Of a stretch of 64,000 nucleotides of DNA, positions 25,790 to 38,258 are shown piece after piece. Origin of the DNA: Eledone cirrhosa (lineage: Eukaryota). The translations under genes were made by a program, and so were the position numbers. Under the pieces are notes generated by a model. That model was not told where the DNA came from. It searched no databases and worked only from the letters and a program-made list of their open reading frames with translations. How positions within the stretch are numbered: position 1 is the first letter of the stretch; each line of letters opens with the position of its first letter. The stretch is taken from assembly GCA_964016885.1 (NCBI GenBank), contig OZ024741.1, forward strand, positions 129,146,001-129,210,000, given 5' to 3'.

Positions 25790-27731
25790 GTAAGTAACAC
25801 TTGCACTTTACCTTTCATCTATTCTAGGTTGATAAAAATGACACCAGACAAGCACTGGGTTTAATTATTCCTCTATATCTCTTTCTTACTTCCATTCTTT
25901 CACTATCTCTCTCTTTTTCTGGAAGAAATTTGCTGTATTCAGACCTGGAGAGGAGATGGACTCCACCAGGTTTTAAAATGCCCTAAGACATGCCATGTGT
26001 CAATATTCGGTCCCCATGACTGCATTGTGATTTCCTGGGCCATACATATGTGCATGTATGATAGCCATGGACTTCTCCTTTCCTCACTGTGTGGGATTCA
26101 TGTACCTGAATAGTCACCGTCTTCATATAAAGCTTAGATGTCGATAAAAAAAGTGCCAGTTTAGTACTGGGGTCAATTCTTCCTCTGTATCTCGTTCTTA
26201 CTTTCATTCTTTCACTCTCTCTATCCTTTTCTGGAAGAAATCTGCTGTATTCAGAACTGGAGACGAGATGAGTTCTACCATTTAAAAAAAAAAATGCCCT
26301 AGAAACGCTATATGTCAATAATGCACTCCTATGACTCCCTCCCTCAGAAGTTACGGGACCATACCATACCCACATTCACACTACAACATATAAGTGACAC
26401 TTACTCTATCACATATAAATGATGCTCACATTACAACATTTATGGTACACTCATATTAGTAATCGGCCCTGGTCAGATGTTAAAAGTAGGCTATATTTAG
26501 TAATAGGTCCTGGCCAGATGTGAAATGCAGGTTGTATTTCAACTGGTAATAGTCCTTGACCAGATGTGAAAATATTGGATCTGTTTCAAACACACATGCG
26601 CTCTCATCTATGTATACACTCTGACATAATTAACCTAAGTTTACACACAGCTTAACTCACATAAACAATGCCACACTTGATTCTACACACATACATACAC
26701 ACACATACACACATAGTATCATCTACACACACATACACACATAGTATCATCTACATACACATACATATTCACATACAATATCATCTACACATGCACACAC
26801 ACATTCACATACAGTATCACCCCCACACACATATTCACATACAGTATCATCCACACACACACACACATCTAACTTAATGAAGCTGGCACACAGCTTAACT
26901 AACTAACACATGCAACTTCACACTTGATTCCACATACACACACACATGTACATATTCTCTCTATCATGCATGCTTGTGAATATGAACATACATCTAAAAC
27001 TATATATGTGTATACACACACACACACACACACACACATCTGATCACACCATTCTTCTTCCATGCCCGTACACCCAAGCCCCAGTTCCCAGTCCACACTG
27101 TAAATGAGGTTGGCATTAGGAAAGGCATCCAGCTGTAGAAATCAAGCTAGAAACAGTTCTGTATGTACAAGACATGGACACCTGATCTGACTTGCCTCAC
27201 ACGGGACAACCTGTCTAACCCATGCTAGCATGGAAAATGGACATTAACTGATAATGATGAAACACATACTCTTCTACTCATCATTTTTCTCATTTCCCTT
27301 GTAAAACATAAACAGAAACACATACATAAATACATTACTTATACATTCATGGACAGCTTTAGATATATTGTCTCTTGCACATAGACATTCCTATCTACTA
27401 TCAACCACACACACACACACATTCAGACACATAATATATATATATATATATATAAACACACATAATATATATATATATAAACACAAACACACACACACAT
27501 GCATATATATAGATATAGATATATTTGAAAAAAAGGAAAAGAATGGCTTCACTTATAGTTGTCCTTCTAATGTAGGCATAATTGATCTACATTGCAAAAT
27601 TATAAAATTATAAAATTGTAAAATTATAAAATTAAATTTGTTAGAATACCAACTACAAGTCATCCTTTCCCTTCTTTTCAAATATACCTAACTGTACCAA
27701 GGATTTCACACATTTTCCAATATAAATATAT

Positions 27732-27814
<83 letters not shown>

Positions 27815-27995
27815 CACACACACACACACAGACACACACATATATATCACCATCACCATTTTATGTCCATTCTTCCATGCTAGCATGTGTTAGACGGGTT
27901 CTGTTGTTGGCAATGCCAGGTCAGGTGACCATGTCTTGCTCATACATACATACATACATACATACATACATACATACATACATACATACATACAT

Positions 27996-29360
27996 CAGGA
28001 CACACAGCTTTGCGATATCCTCAGCTGCTGCTGCCAGGAAAACAGCCACTTATGTGTTTATTGCAGGTGACTTCAATCATCCTGAGATCGATTGGGAAAC
28101 CTTTTGTTGGCCACAAAGTGCAAACGATTTCCTTGAGCTAGTGCTGGACTCAAACTGGCCACAAGTAGTCAGTTCTCCAACAAGAGGTGACAACACTTTG
28201 GACCTGCTCTTCACCACTACTCCTGAAGTGGTTATCAGTTGTACTACTGAGGAACCTCTAGGCGACTCTGATCATGCTATGATCATTGCTAATCTGGCTC
28301 TTGTGGGCAGCAACAAAAACCAGAACCATCTCCAATCTGCTTGCTTTGATTGGAAGAAAGCAGATTGGAACTTGTACTGCACTGAGCTACAGCGCCCAAA
28401 CTGGCATGAGTTCTATAACTCTGGAGATGTGAACACTATACTCTAGAGCATCCTGGACTCAATATGGATAGCATGTGCAGCATTGGTGCCACGTAAGCAG
28501 AAAAAAACCCACCCCAAAAGTGCAATTTGGAAACTTCAGCGGTCCGACTTGCCAGGAAAGAACGTTGGAATGCTGAATGGGAATATAAACTGCATAAATC
28601 AGATGCCAACAGAAAAGAGAAGAATAAATCTTCCAACCATCTCAAGCAAGTGACAAAAAGGCAGTGCTTGAATTTGAACAGTGCATAGCAACCAATCCTG
28701 ACAGTAAGGTGTTCTGGAAATATGTACATTCAACGCAGAGACCTCACTCTCCAGTTGGTCCTCTTCGAAATCCCCACACTTGGAATACGCATCATCAGTC
28801 TGGAACCCTTATCTTGCTCAGAACATTGACCTCCTGGAAACTGTTCAGAGACGTGCAACCAAGCGCATACCCTCCATCAGACACCTACCATACTCTGAAC
28901 GCCTTGCTTCCCTGGGCATGGATTCATTGAAGCTCCGACGCCTGGCAATGGACTTGGTAAACACCCACAAAGTTATTAACCATCTCGCCAACAACAACCC
29001 TGATAACCTTTTTGATCTCCATGTATCTAACACACGTGGACATGCCTACAAAGTCAGAAAACAGCACAGCTCCCATGACTTTCAGAAACATTTTTTCACG
29101 CTCAGAGTTGCTGAAGCATGGAACAAACTGCCTGCGTCAGTTGTTAGCTGCCGAGACACTGCATCCTTTAAAACCCTCATGCTTCCCGAAATTTGCCAAA
29201 ACTACACCTGATGTACCCCTTCCATACACATGCACACATGTGTATATCATGACTTATGCACTGTTCATTTTCCTGACGTTTGTACATTACGCTATGTACT
29301 ATACATACACTTTTGATGAGTTGTAGTGCACCTGAGCACTGTACACAATATTTTCATTAT
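27996..29360 (+). mobile_element. CR1-clade LINE, internally deleted: APE endonuclease end joined to the post-RT C-terminus and 3' UTR
   Basis: GDFNHPEIDW, PTRGDNTLDLLF and SDH motifs, then LEYASSVWNPY..LETVQRRATK..TRGH..FFTLRVAEAWNKLP with no RT core between. Confidence 0.9.
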
Positions 29361-29617
29361 ATCATATATATATATATATATATATGATATATACACATAC
29401 GTACACACAAGCACAATATACACATACTTACTTTTCCTACTTGCCACATACTCACTATATTCCCTCCATATATATATATATATATATACATACATACACA
29501 TTGATACACACATATATACACACACATACTACTTATTTACTTATGTATATAAGCACACTTACTTTCTCATAATCACCACACATACAATACCTCCTCACTC
29601 TCATATATATATATATA

Positions 29618-31750
29618 CATCATCATCATCATCATCAACGTTTAACGTCCGTGTTTTGGGGGTATTTTGTTAGAGATGCCTACTGGCTGTACTAGGTTTT
29701 ACTATGTATTTAGGTAAGGCGGGTCTTCTCTGTTACTGAGTACCGCCAAAGGTCTCGGTCCAGTGACATTGTCTTGGAGAGGTGTAAGTGTGTGAGGTCG
29801 GAGTTTATCAGCTCGTCCCAGGTTTTTCTAGGTCTGCCTATTCCGTGGCTACCGTCTATCTTTATTGCCCTGCACTTTGTTATACAGCTATCGACTTTCA
29901 TGCGCATCACGTGTCCATACCAACGTAGCCTTCTCTCGAGTAAACAACATCTGATCCCTCTTATTTCTAATTTTTTCCTTAGTTCGTTTATGCTTTGCTG
30001 TTCACGTATATTACTGTTACACATCCAGCGGAGCATGCAAGCTTCGTTCCTCTCTAGTCTGCATATATCCTCTGCACACAATGCCCAGGTCTCACTGCCA
30101 TGCAACATTGCTGTTCGTATGCAGGCATCGTACAACCTGCCTTTCATTTTTAGGGAGAACCCTTTAGCAGCTAATAGTGGTATAAGCTCTCTGAACTTTT
30201 TCCAACCAGTTCTGACTCTAGCTACTGTACTTTCAGAGCACCCTCCCCCACTGCTGATTTTATCACCCAGGTAACGGAAACTGTCCACTATTTCTATAGA
30301 ACCCTCTGCGCAATTGAAAGAGCTAGTATTTTGTGGGCACTTGCTGCTACTTATTGCACCAGAGCACCGGCCACATGTAAAATCTATGTTCTTAGTTAGC
30401 TTACCTGTGATCCCACTACATCTTTTATGCACCCATACTTTGCATTTAGGACATAAAATGGAGTTTCTACCTACGCCTTTCCTACACACCGAGCACGACC
30501 ATTTCCCAGAAGGGACCGCCGCCTTATTTTCTTTCCTACAAACTAGAACTTTAGTCTTAGCCAGGTTAATTTTAAGGCCTTTTGATTCTAGGCCGTGCTT
30601 CCATGTTTGGAATTTCTTCTCTAGCTCGGCCATTGATTCCGCTATGAGTGTCAGGTCGTCTGCGTATAGGAGTTCCCATGGGCAGCCGGTCTTGAACTCC
30701 TCTGTTATAGCCTGAAGGGCAATAATAAATAGTAGGGGGCTGAGAACAGAGCCCTGATGGACGCCAACATTTACGCTAAACTCTTCACTATATTCGTTGT
30801 TAATTCTAACCTTGCTGACTGTTTCTTTATACATGGCTTGTATAGCTCTCACAAGCCATTCGTCAACGCCTAGTTTTCTAAGAGCCCACCAAATAATGGA
30901 GCGGGGGACTCTGTCGAAGGCTTTCTCCAAGTCGACAAAAGCTAAGTAGAGGGGTTTACCTTTAGCTAGGTACTTCTCCTGTAGTTGTCGTACAATGAAA
31001 AGAGCGTCTGTGGTACTTTTGCCTGACACAAACCCGAACTGCATTTCATCTAGGTCAATTCTCTCTCTGATTAGTTGTGCTATTACTTTTTCCGTGACCT
31101 TCATGACCTGGTCGATTAATTTAATGCCTCTATAGTTACTCCTATCTAGGGCGTCTCCTTTACCCTTATAACAGTTAACGATGATGCTGCTATGCCAGTC
31201 CTTCGGAACAACCCCATTCTGTACGACTTGGTTAACTATGCGGGTGACCATGGTGTGTCCCACCGTGCCAGATGCCTTCAGCATCTCAGCAACTATTTCC
31301 GAAGGCCCAGCCGCCTTACCCGTCTTCATATCCTTGATTGCCTTACTTATTATACTCCCCTCGACTAACACTGCTGGCCCCTCTATTGGGTCGATATGGG
31401 GGAGACTGTCTTTCTCCCATTTATTCTCCTCATTTAGTAGCCTTTCATAGTGACACTTCCAAGCTACCTTCTTATCAGTGTCGGTGATGGCAAGTATGCC
31501 ATCATCGTTAAGTACACACTTCTCCCCGACAATATCACGGTTTTCCTTGACGCATTGCTTAGCATTCCTGAACACCTCACGTTTTTGGTCATCGCGTTGT
31601 AGAACATGCTTGAACTTTCTTTCCTCAGCTTCCCTTTTTGCTAAGTACACTTGTCTCCTAGCTTCCCTCCTGGCCACTTGATAGTCTTCTCTACTTCCCC
31701 CATCCCGCCATACTTTCCAAGCCTGCTTTTTGGCCTTAATTGACCCCTCC
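29618..31750 (-). mobile_element. RTE-clade LINE subfamily A, 5'-truncated, uninterrupted 655-aa RT plus C-terminal ORF (29710-31677); 3' UTR largely deleted
   Basis: All RT motifs, intact C4HC3 finger, RLRWYGHVMR and GRPRKTW; close to the 11851 copy; tail joined almost directly to the post-stop sequence. Confidence 0.95.
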
Positions 31751-31816
31751 GGGCGATGGGGTTATGTTAGCCGTCCGCGGTCGAAACAATGAGGAGTGCT
31801 CGCATTCTCGTCCACG

Positions 31817-31859
<43 letters not shown>

Positions 31860-33011
31860 GTGTGTGAGTGTGTATATATTTATGTATATCAGCACACTTA
31901 TTTTCTCACTTCCACTAATACACTACACTCCTTCCCTTATATACCTTCTTTTACACATGCTTTCACACTCACACATACACTTTCACATACAGTGAAGCAT
32001 GTAAGCTCTACTTTGCATCACATACACGCACTCTCACTCACTATACTCCCTACATTGCCCACTCCCCCATACCTGTACGCTCCTCAGTGCAGACGACCCG
32101 CTATATTCTGCATTGCGTATACATACACATATACAAGCATACGCACTCACACATCACCACTTCTCCCCCATACCTATACTCTTCTCAGTGCAGACGGACA
32201 TCGCATATACATACACATACATAAGCATACACACTTACACTCACTCAAACTATACCCCCCCCCCTCTCCTCCAACGTTCTCCGTGCAGACTGACAGCTGC
32301 TCTATCCACAAACCACATGTTAAATCCTCCTTCATATATAATCAGGTGGATGTTGACAACAGAGTATGTTTATTGTGATGCTGTCCTGCCAGCAATGGAC
32401 CTCTGCAACAACAGTATCACCACCGTCACTGCCATCATCATCATTGCTAACAGCAAAGCATGATAGCCATCTTAGCTATCTCAAAAGTCTATTGGTATAT
32501 GAAAATGGTCAGTCTCTATCTCTCTCTCTCTCTCTTATCTCTCTCTGTATCTTTCTTACTCTTTCTCTTCTTGATAACATTTACCTCTGTATTTGTACTT
32601 ATCTCTCCACCTGTCTTTCTCTTCTTCCTCATTAGTATTGTATGTGTTGTTGTTATTGCTGTTGTAGCTGCTGCTGTTGCTGCTGATATTTGTTGTTGTT
32701 GTTTAGCCCAAGGTCGGCTCTAATCCGGTAGACTTGTTTTTCACAAACATCTTTGACTCACAGTACAGTTTAGAAAAAAAGTATAAATATTTTGGTGCAT
32801 TTTCTACCTAAATTCGAAAATTTATTCAAAAGAGGTATTTAAACATATTAACCTAGTATAAAATAGAAATATAGATAATTGATCTCCAGAAACATTATAT
32901 GTACTTCCTTCTTAAGTCAGTTACTGGAGTAAAGTTCTCTAAGAGAAACATGTATATGGTGTACATAGCCGATGTCTTGGACTTTTATGAAGCACTGAGG
33001 GGATAAAGTTA

Positions 33012-33306
33012 ATATAAAGAATGGTGTGGTCATGTATGGAGGTGCTATAACATAGCTTATAGAATAGGATGAAAACACTTAGAGATGGAAAAATAAGTTA
33101 CCTTGGCCACTACAAGGAATTGAACCCTGCATTTCCCAGATACCGGCTAGATAATGATTTAATGTGCCTAGCTGGTATCTGGGAGATATGGAGAACAATT
33201 CCTCATAGCAACTGATGGCAACTTCTTTCCCTATCTTTTAGGGTTTCCACCCTATTATATAAGCTATTTTACATCATCTCTGTCATGTGTTCACCATTCT
33301 TTATAT
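33012..33306. repeat. Imperfect ~295-bp foldback element with tRNA-like centre
   Basis: ATATAAAGAATGGTG / CACCATTCTTTATAT ends; TCCCAGATACCGGCTAG / CTAGCTGGTATCTGGGA centre; single arm homolog at about 4660-4805. Confidence 0.8.
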
Positions 33307-33691
33307 ATATTTGATTTGATGTTTTATTAGCAATGTCTTCATTCTTGGTTTGTTTCCCACTTTGACAGTTATATAGGAACTTTATTACAAATTTCAATTT
33401 GTAGTTTTCACATTTTGTAATAGAATCTTGCTCCTTTGCTGTGTACCTAATTACATCTCGCAGTGCACCTAATTATGTCTTGTGGGACACCTGTACACTA
33501 AGGTACATAATTTGGGTACCACTGGAGTACACATATAGCAAGACATTGGTCACCTCAAGACTGTAGTTAAACACTTGCCCAAAGGGCCATGCGGCAGGGC
33601 TGAGACCAAAACCATGTGGTTGCTAAATTTACCAATCGCACACATAGTCATGCCTGCTTTGATTATTTAGTTAGATCCCTAGTTGGCACAG

Positions 33692-33749
<58 letters not shown>

Positions 33750-34149
33750 ATATATGTGTGAATGTATTATATGTGTATATACATGTAATGTATTTTATGT
33801 GTGCATTGAAACATCCTTACATATGTTTAAGACTGCATATATATTTGTGTGTATGTATGTTTATGTATGTATAATGTATTTGTGTGTGCATTAAAATATC
33901 TTTGCATATGTATAAAACTGCATTTATATTTGTGTGCATGTGTGTGTTTATGTGATTTATGTATGTGTGAATGTATGTATGTATAATGCATTTGTGTGTT
34001 CATTGAAACATCCTTCCTTACGTATAAGACAATATATATATATATATATATATATAATTGTTTCTACTATTGGCACAAGGCCAGCAATTACCCAGTACAT
34101 TACTGGTACTTTATTTTATCGACCCCGTAAGGATGAAAGGCAAAGTTAA

Positions 34150-34192
<43 letters not shown>

Positions 34193-34519
34193 TATGTGCA
34201 TATGTGTGTGTGTATTTTTGTGTGTGTGTGAATGTATATATGTGTATAATGTATTTGTGTGTGCAACATCCTTTGTTATGTATAAGTATATTTGTGAGCA
34301 TGTATGTGCACATGCTCCAGCATGGCCTACACGTCAATGTTTTGAAGCAACTGGCTAGCTAGAAGGTATATTTGTGTATACATGTGCATGCTCATCTGTA
34401 TGTGCTAACATGTCTGTGTCTATGGGTATGGAAGTTGTATACTTTGACTGTTAAAAGTCAACTAGTGAAAACAACACAGTAGAATGATGATAGAATAAGA
34501 GATAGAAGAAAGAATAGGG

Positions 34520-34643
34520 CAGGCATGGGAAACCTTTTATAAGCAGTGGGCTGCATAGGATGTGGCTCCACATCAGGTGGGTCACACTACTAAAATATTC
34601 AAGGCAATTCAGAAAGTCAAGCGGGTTGCATGCGGCTCAAGGG
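34520..34643. mobile_element. Degenerate hAT-type MITE
   Basis: CAGGCATGGGAAAC ... GTTTGCCCATG imperfect TIRs; TSD not clear. Confidence 0.5.
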
Positions 34644-34953
34644 CCACAGTTTGCCCATGTGTTGTATATGTTATATAATGTATGTGATGTGGCACCTTAT
34701 GTTAGACAACAGTAACACGTGTATATATGTGTTGTATAACACGTGTTGGAAGGTTACCAGGTACATATAGGTCATCTGGTACTTATCTTGCCATACCACT
34801 CTCACCACCCTCCCTCCCTCTCTATTTCATTTAGTTAAAAACAATTTTATTAATTAAAAAAAAAATAATTTTTTTATTAACCTTACCATTACCATCATTG
34901 CTACCACAACCACCACCATGACCACCACCACTACTACTACTACTACTTTTTTC

Positions 34954-35275
34954 CATTTTTTACGTCCGATTTTCCCTGCTTGCAAGGGGGTGGGACGGGA
35001 ACTGATTCTGGCTTGATTTCTACAGCTGGATGCCCTTCCTAACACCAACCTCATTTACAGTGTGGGCTGGGTGCTTTTTTGCCGTGGCACCTCCACAACC
35101 ACTTTGCAGTGGAATGATATGGACCCCAGTCCCTATCATCTCATTTCTACAGCTGAGTAAACTGGAGCATGTGAAATAAAGTATCTTGCTCAAGGAAACA
35201 ACACATCACCCGGTCTGAGAATTGAACTCACAACCTTTCGATTGCAAGGCCAATGCTCTAACCACTAAGCCATGT
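34954..35275 (-). mobile_element. SINE family A copy
   Basis: Reverse complement matches the 60901 copy. Confidence 0.9.
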
Positions 35276-35277
35276 AA

Positions 35278-35610
35278 TAATAATTGTTACTACTTTTTGG
35301 CACAAGGCCAGCAATTACCCAGTACATTACTGGTACTTTATTTTATCGACCCCGTAAGGATGAAAGGCAAAGTTAACCTCGGCAGGATTTGAACTCAGAA
35401 TGGGAAGGGCTATAACTCTATGCGTCAAAGCATGGCGTCCGACTCTCTACTGATACTGCCAATTCACCATAATAATGGTTTCTTATATAGGCACAAGGCC
35501 AGTAATTTGGGGGGAGGGGAAAGTCGATTAAATCGACCCCAGTGTGTGACTGGTACTTTATTTTATCGACCCCGTAAGGATGAAAGTTAATCTCGGCGGG
35601 ATTTGAACTC
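35278..35610 (-). mobile_element. Two adjacent SINE family B copies, the second interrupted by RTE (remainder 36659-36722)
   Basis: Colinear with other B copies; head half resumes after the RTE tail. Confidence 0.85.
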
Positions 35611-36658
35611 GGGCCTTGCTTGGTATGTAGGAAAGGTGTAGGTAGGAACTCCATTCTCTGCCCCAAATGCAAACAATGGGTACACAAGAGATGTAGTGGG
35701 ATCTCCGGAAGCTTAACTGAGAATATAGGCTTCGTATGTAGCAGCTGTGCTGGGACAGCAAGCAGCAAAATGCCACAGGAAACAAGTACCACCAAACTCT
35801 GGGAGGGCTCTGTAGAAACAGTAGACAGCTTCTGCTACCTAGGTGACCGAATTAGCAGCGGAGGTGGGTGTTCAGAAAGTACAATAACTAGGGTAAGAAC
35901 GGGATGGAAGAAGTTCAGGGAGCTACTGCCACTGCTAGCTGCAAAAGGCTTTTCCCTCAAAATGAAAGGCAGACTGTATGATGCATGTATACGAACAGCA
36001 ATGTTACATGGTAGTGAGACCTGGGCGCTGTCTGTGGAAGACTTGCGTAGATTAGAAAGAATCGAAGAATGCATGCTCTGATGGATGTGTAATAGTAATA
36101 TACGGAACGGCAAAGCATAAATGAATTGAGAGAGGGACTGAGCATAAGAGGAATCAAATGCTGTGTGCAGGAGAGGCGGTTGCGTTGGTATGGACATGTG
36201 ATGCGTATGAAGGATGACAGCTGCATAAAAAGGTGCAGAGCACTAGAAGTCGATGGAAACCGCGGAGTGGGGAGACCCAGGAAGACCTGGGATGAGGTGA
36301 TAAAAGCCGACCTTACCCAATTACACACAGTAATACAGAAGACCCGACCCCCACGGGTAAAAGCCGAAGATGAAGCATATAGACAATATGCCCCCACACC
36401 CTCCCACTGCAAAGTGGTCGTGGAGGAGCACCCAGCCCACACTGTTAAGTGGACGTGTAAGTGCCACGGCAAAAAACGCACCCAGCACTCTCTGTAAATG
36501 AGGTTGGTGTTAGGAAGGGCATCCAGCTGTAGAAATCAAGCCAGAATCAGTTCCTGTATGAGCAAGACAAGGTCAGCCGACCGGACACTGCCCACAACTG
36601 GACAACCCATGCTAGCATGGAAGAATGGACGTAAAATGGTGATGATGATGATCATCAT
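35611..36658 (+). mobile_element. RTE LINE subfamily B 3' fragment inserted into a Nin-type SINE
   Basis: ORFs 35620-36081 and 36126-36497 match the 24128 copy; the two SINE halves flank it. Confidence 0.92.
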
Positions 36659-37769
36659 AAAGGGCCGTAACTTTTTGCTGCAAAGCATGGTGTCCGACCC
36701 TCTACCGATACTGCCAATCCACTAATAATAGTAATAATAATAATAAAGCAGTCAATTTGGTTGAGTTGTTAGACTGATGGACATTTGTTTTAGCTCTCTG
36801 TGTTCTGAGTTCAAATCCTGCCGATATCTACTTTGTTTTTCCTCTTTTTGGAGTCAGTAAAGTACCAGTCCAGTGCTGGTACAACCCTCTCTCCTTCCAG
36901 TTGTTGCAACCTTGATGTTCTGCTGGATAAAGAGAGGGAGGGTCAAGAGGATGTCTGTGTTTACTTGTAACTTCATGAACACCTAAAACTCCTTAATGAA
37001 AGCATGCCGTGTACTACCAAGTCATACTCGATTGTGAGTGATAGCTGTAGTATCTTTACTACTGCCATTGTCACAACTATTATTACTACTACTATTGTCA
37101 CAACTATTATTACTACTACTATTGTCACAACTATTATTACTACTACTATTACCATCTTTATTATTCCTACTACTGACTGGAATGGACCTCCATCAGTTGC
37201 GATGATGAGTGTTCCAGTTGTTCGATCAATGCTGTGGCTTGCTCATGAAATTAACGTGTAAGTGGCTGAGCATTCTACAGACATGTGTACCCTTAATGTA
37301 ATTCCCAGGGAGATTCAACAGGGCACAATGTGGGACAAGGCTGACCCTTTGAATTATACGGTCAATGTTTCCTCTATATCTTTTCATTCTCACTTCCTCT
37401 CTGTCTCTCCTATGAAAGAAATCAACTGTGTTCAGACATAGAGAGAGTATGGGCTCTGTCAGGTTTAATGTACCCAAGACATGTGTCAGGCCAGTGCACC
37501 TATGACTCCAAGTGTTACAGGCCATACACATATACACTAATATTTACCTGTCGTGTATTAATTATTTCTACTTTTGGCACATGGTCAGCAATTTGAATGG
37601 AAGGGAAAGTTGATTAAATTGACTTCAGTCCATTACTGGTATTGCATTTTATTGACTCTCATAGGATGAAAGGCAAAACTAACTTCAGTGGGATTTGATC
37701 TCAAAATGTAATTATAATAATTATTATCATCATCATCATCATTGCAATCACTGTTGAATATTCCAAAGT

Positions 37770-38258
37770 CTCTCCACAATTCACAATTTTCCATTGTTCC
37801 TAGCAACTGCTCCTTACTGAGGTTTGTATTATCTGAGAGTTGATCGATGAATGTTCAATCAGGTCCTCTACTGTGTCTCCCGTGAGTTAGTTCCCACAAT
37901 AGTAGCTTGTATTCCACTTCCTGCTTATTTCTCTAGCAATGTCCTGCAAATCATAACTGTCATTGAGCAATTGTAGTTGTTATCTTGGTCAAGTTTCTGT
38001 ATAAACTTTCATTTGTAATACGTTGGCACCAATTTATGTTTTGTACAACCCTAAGCATTTTAGTGTCTGCACCATCTAGTTTCTTCCCAAGTACAGAAGT
38101 ATGGAAAGTATGAATGAAAGATGAACTGCTTGAAATTTGCCTTCAAAGGAGAAGTACTGAAAATCTGGAGAAAAGCAGAAATAGTGTCTCTACCCAAGAA
38201 TGGTGACCAGGGATATACAGCAAATTACAGAGGAATTACTTTGAGCTGAATAATAGTT
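37770..38258. mobile_element. Old RTE-clade LINE with 5' inversion (C-terminus on - 37770-38085, early RT on + 38086-38258)
   Basis: Minus strand KKLDGADTKMLRVVQNINW..ITNESLY..FAGHC..LLWELTHG; plus strand KAEIVSLPKNGDQGYTANYRGITL. Confidence 0.7.

Noticed and set aside
29774-31681. Plus-strand ORFs overlapping RTE copies (also 12552-14197)
   Set aside because: Antisense shadows of the LINE ORF
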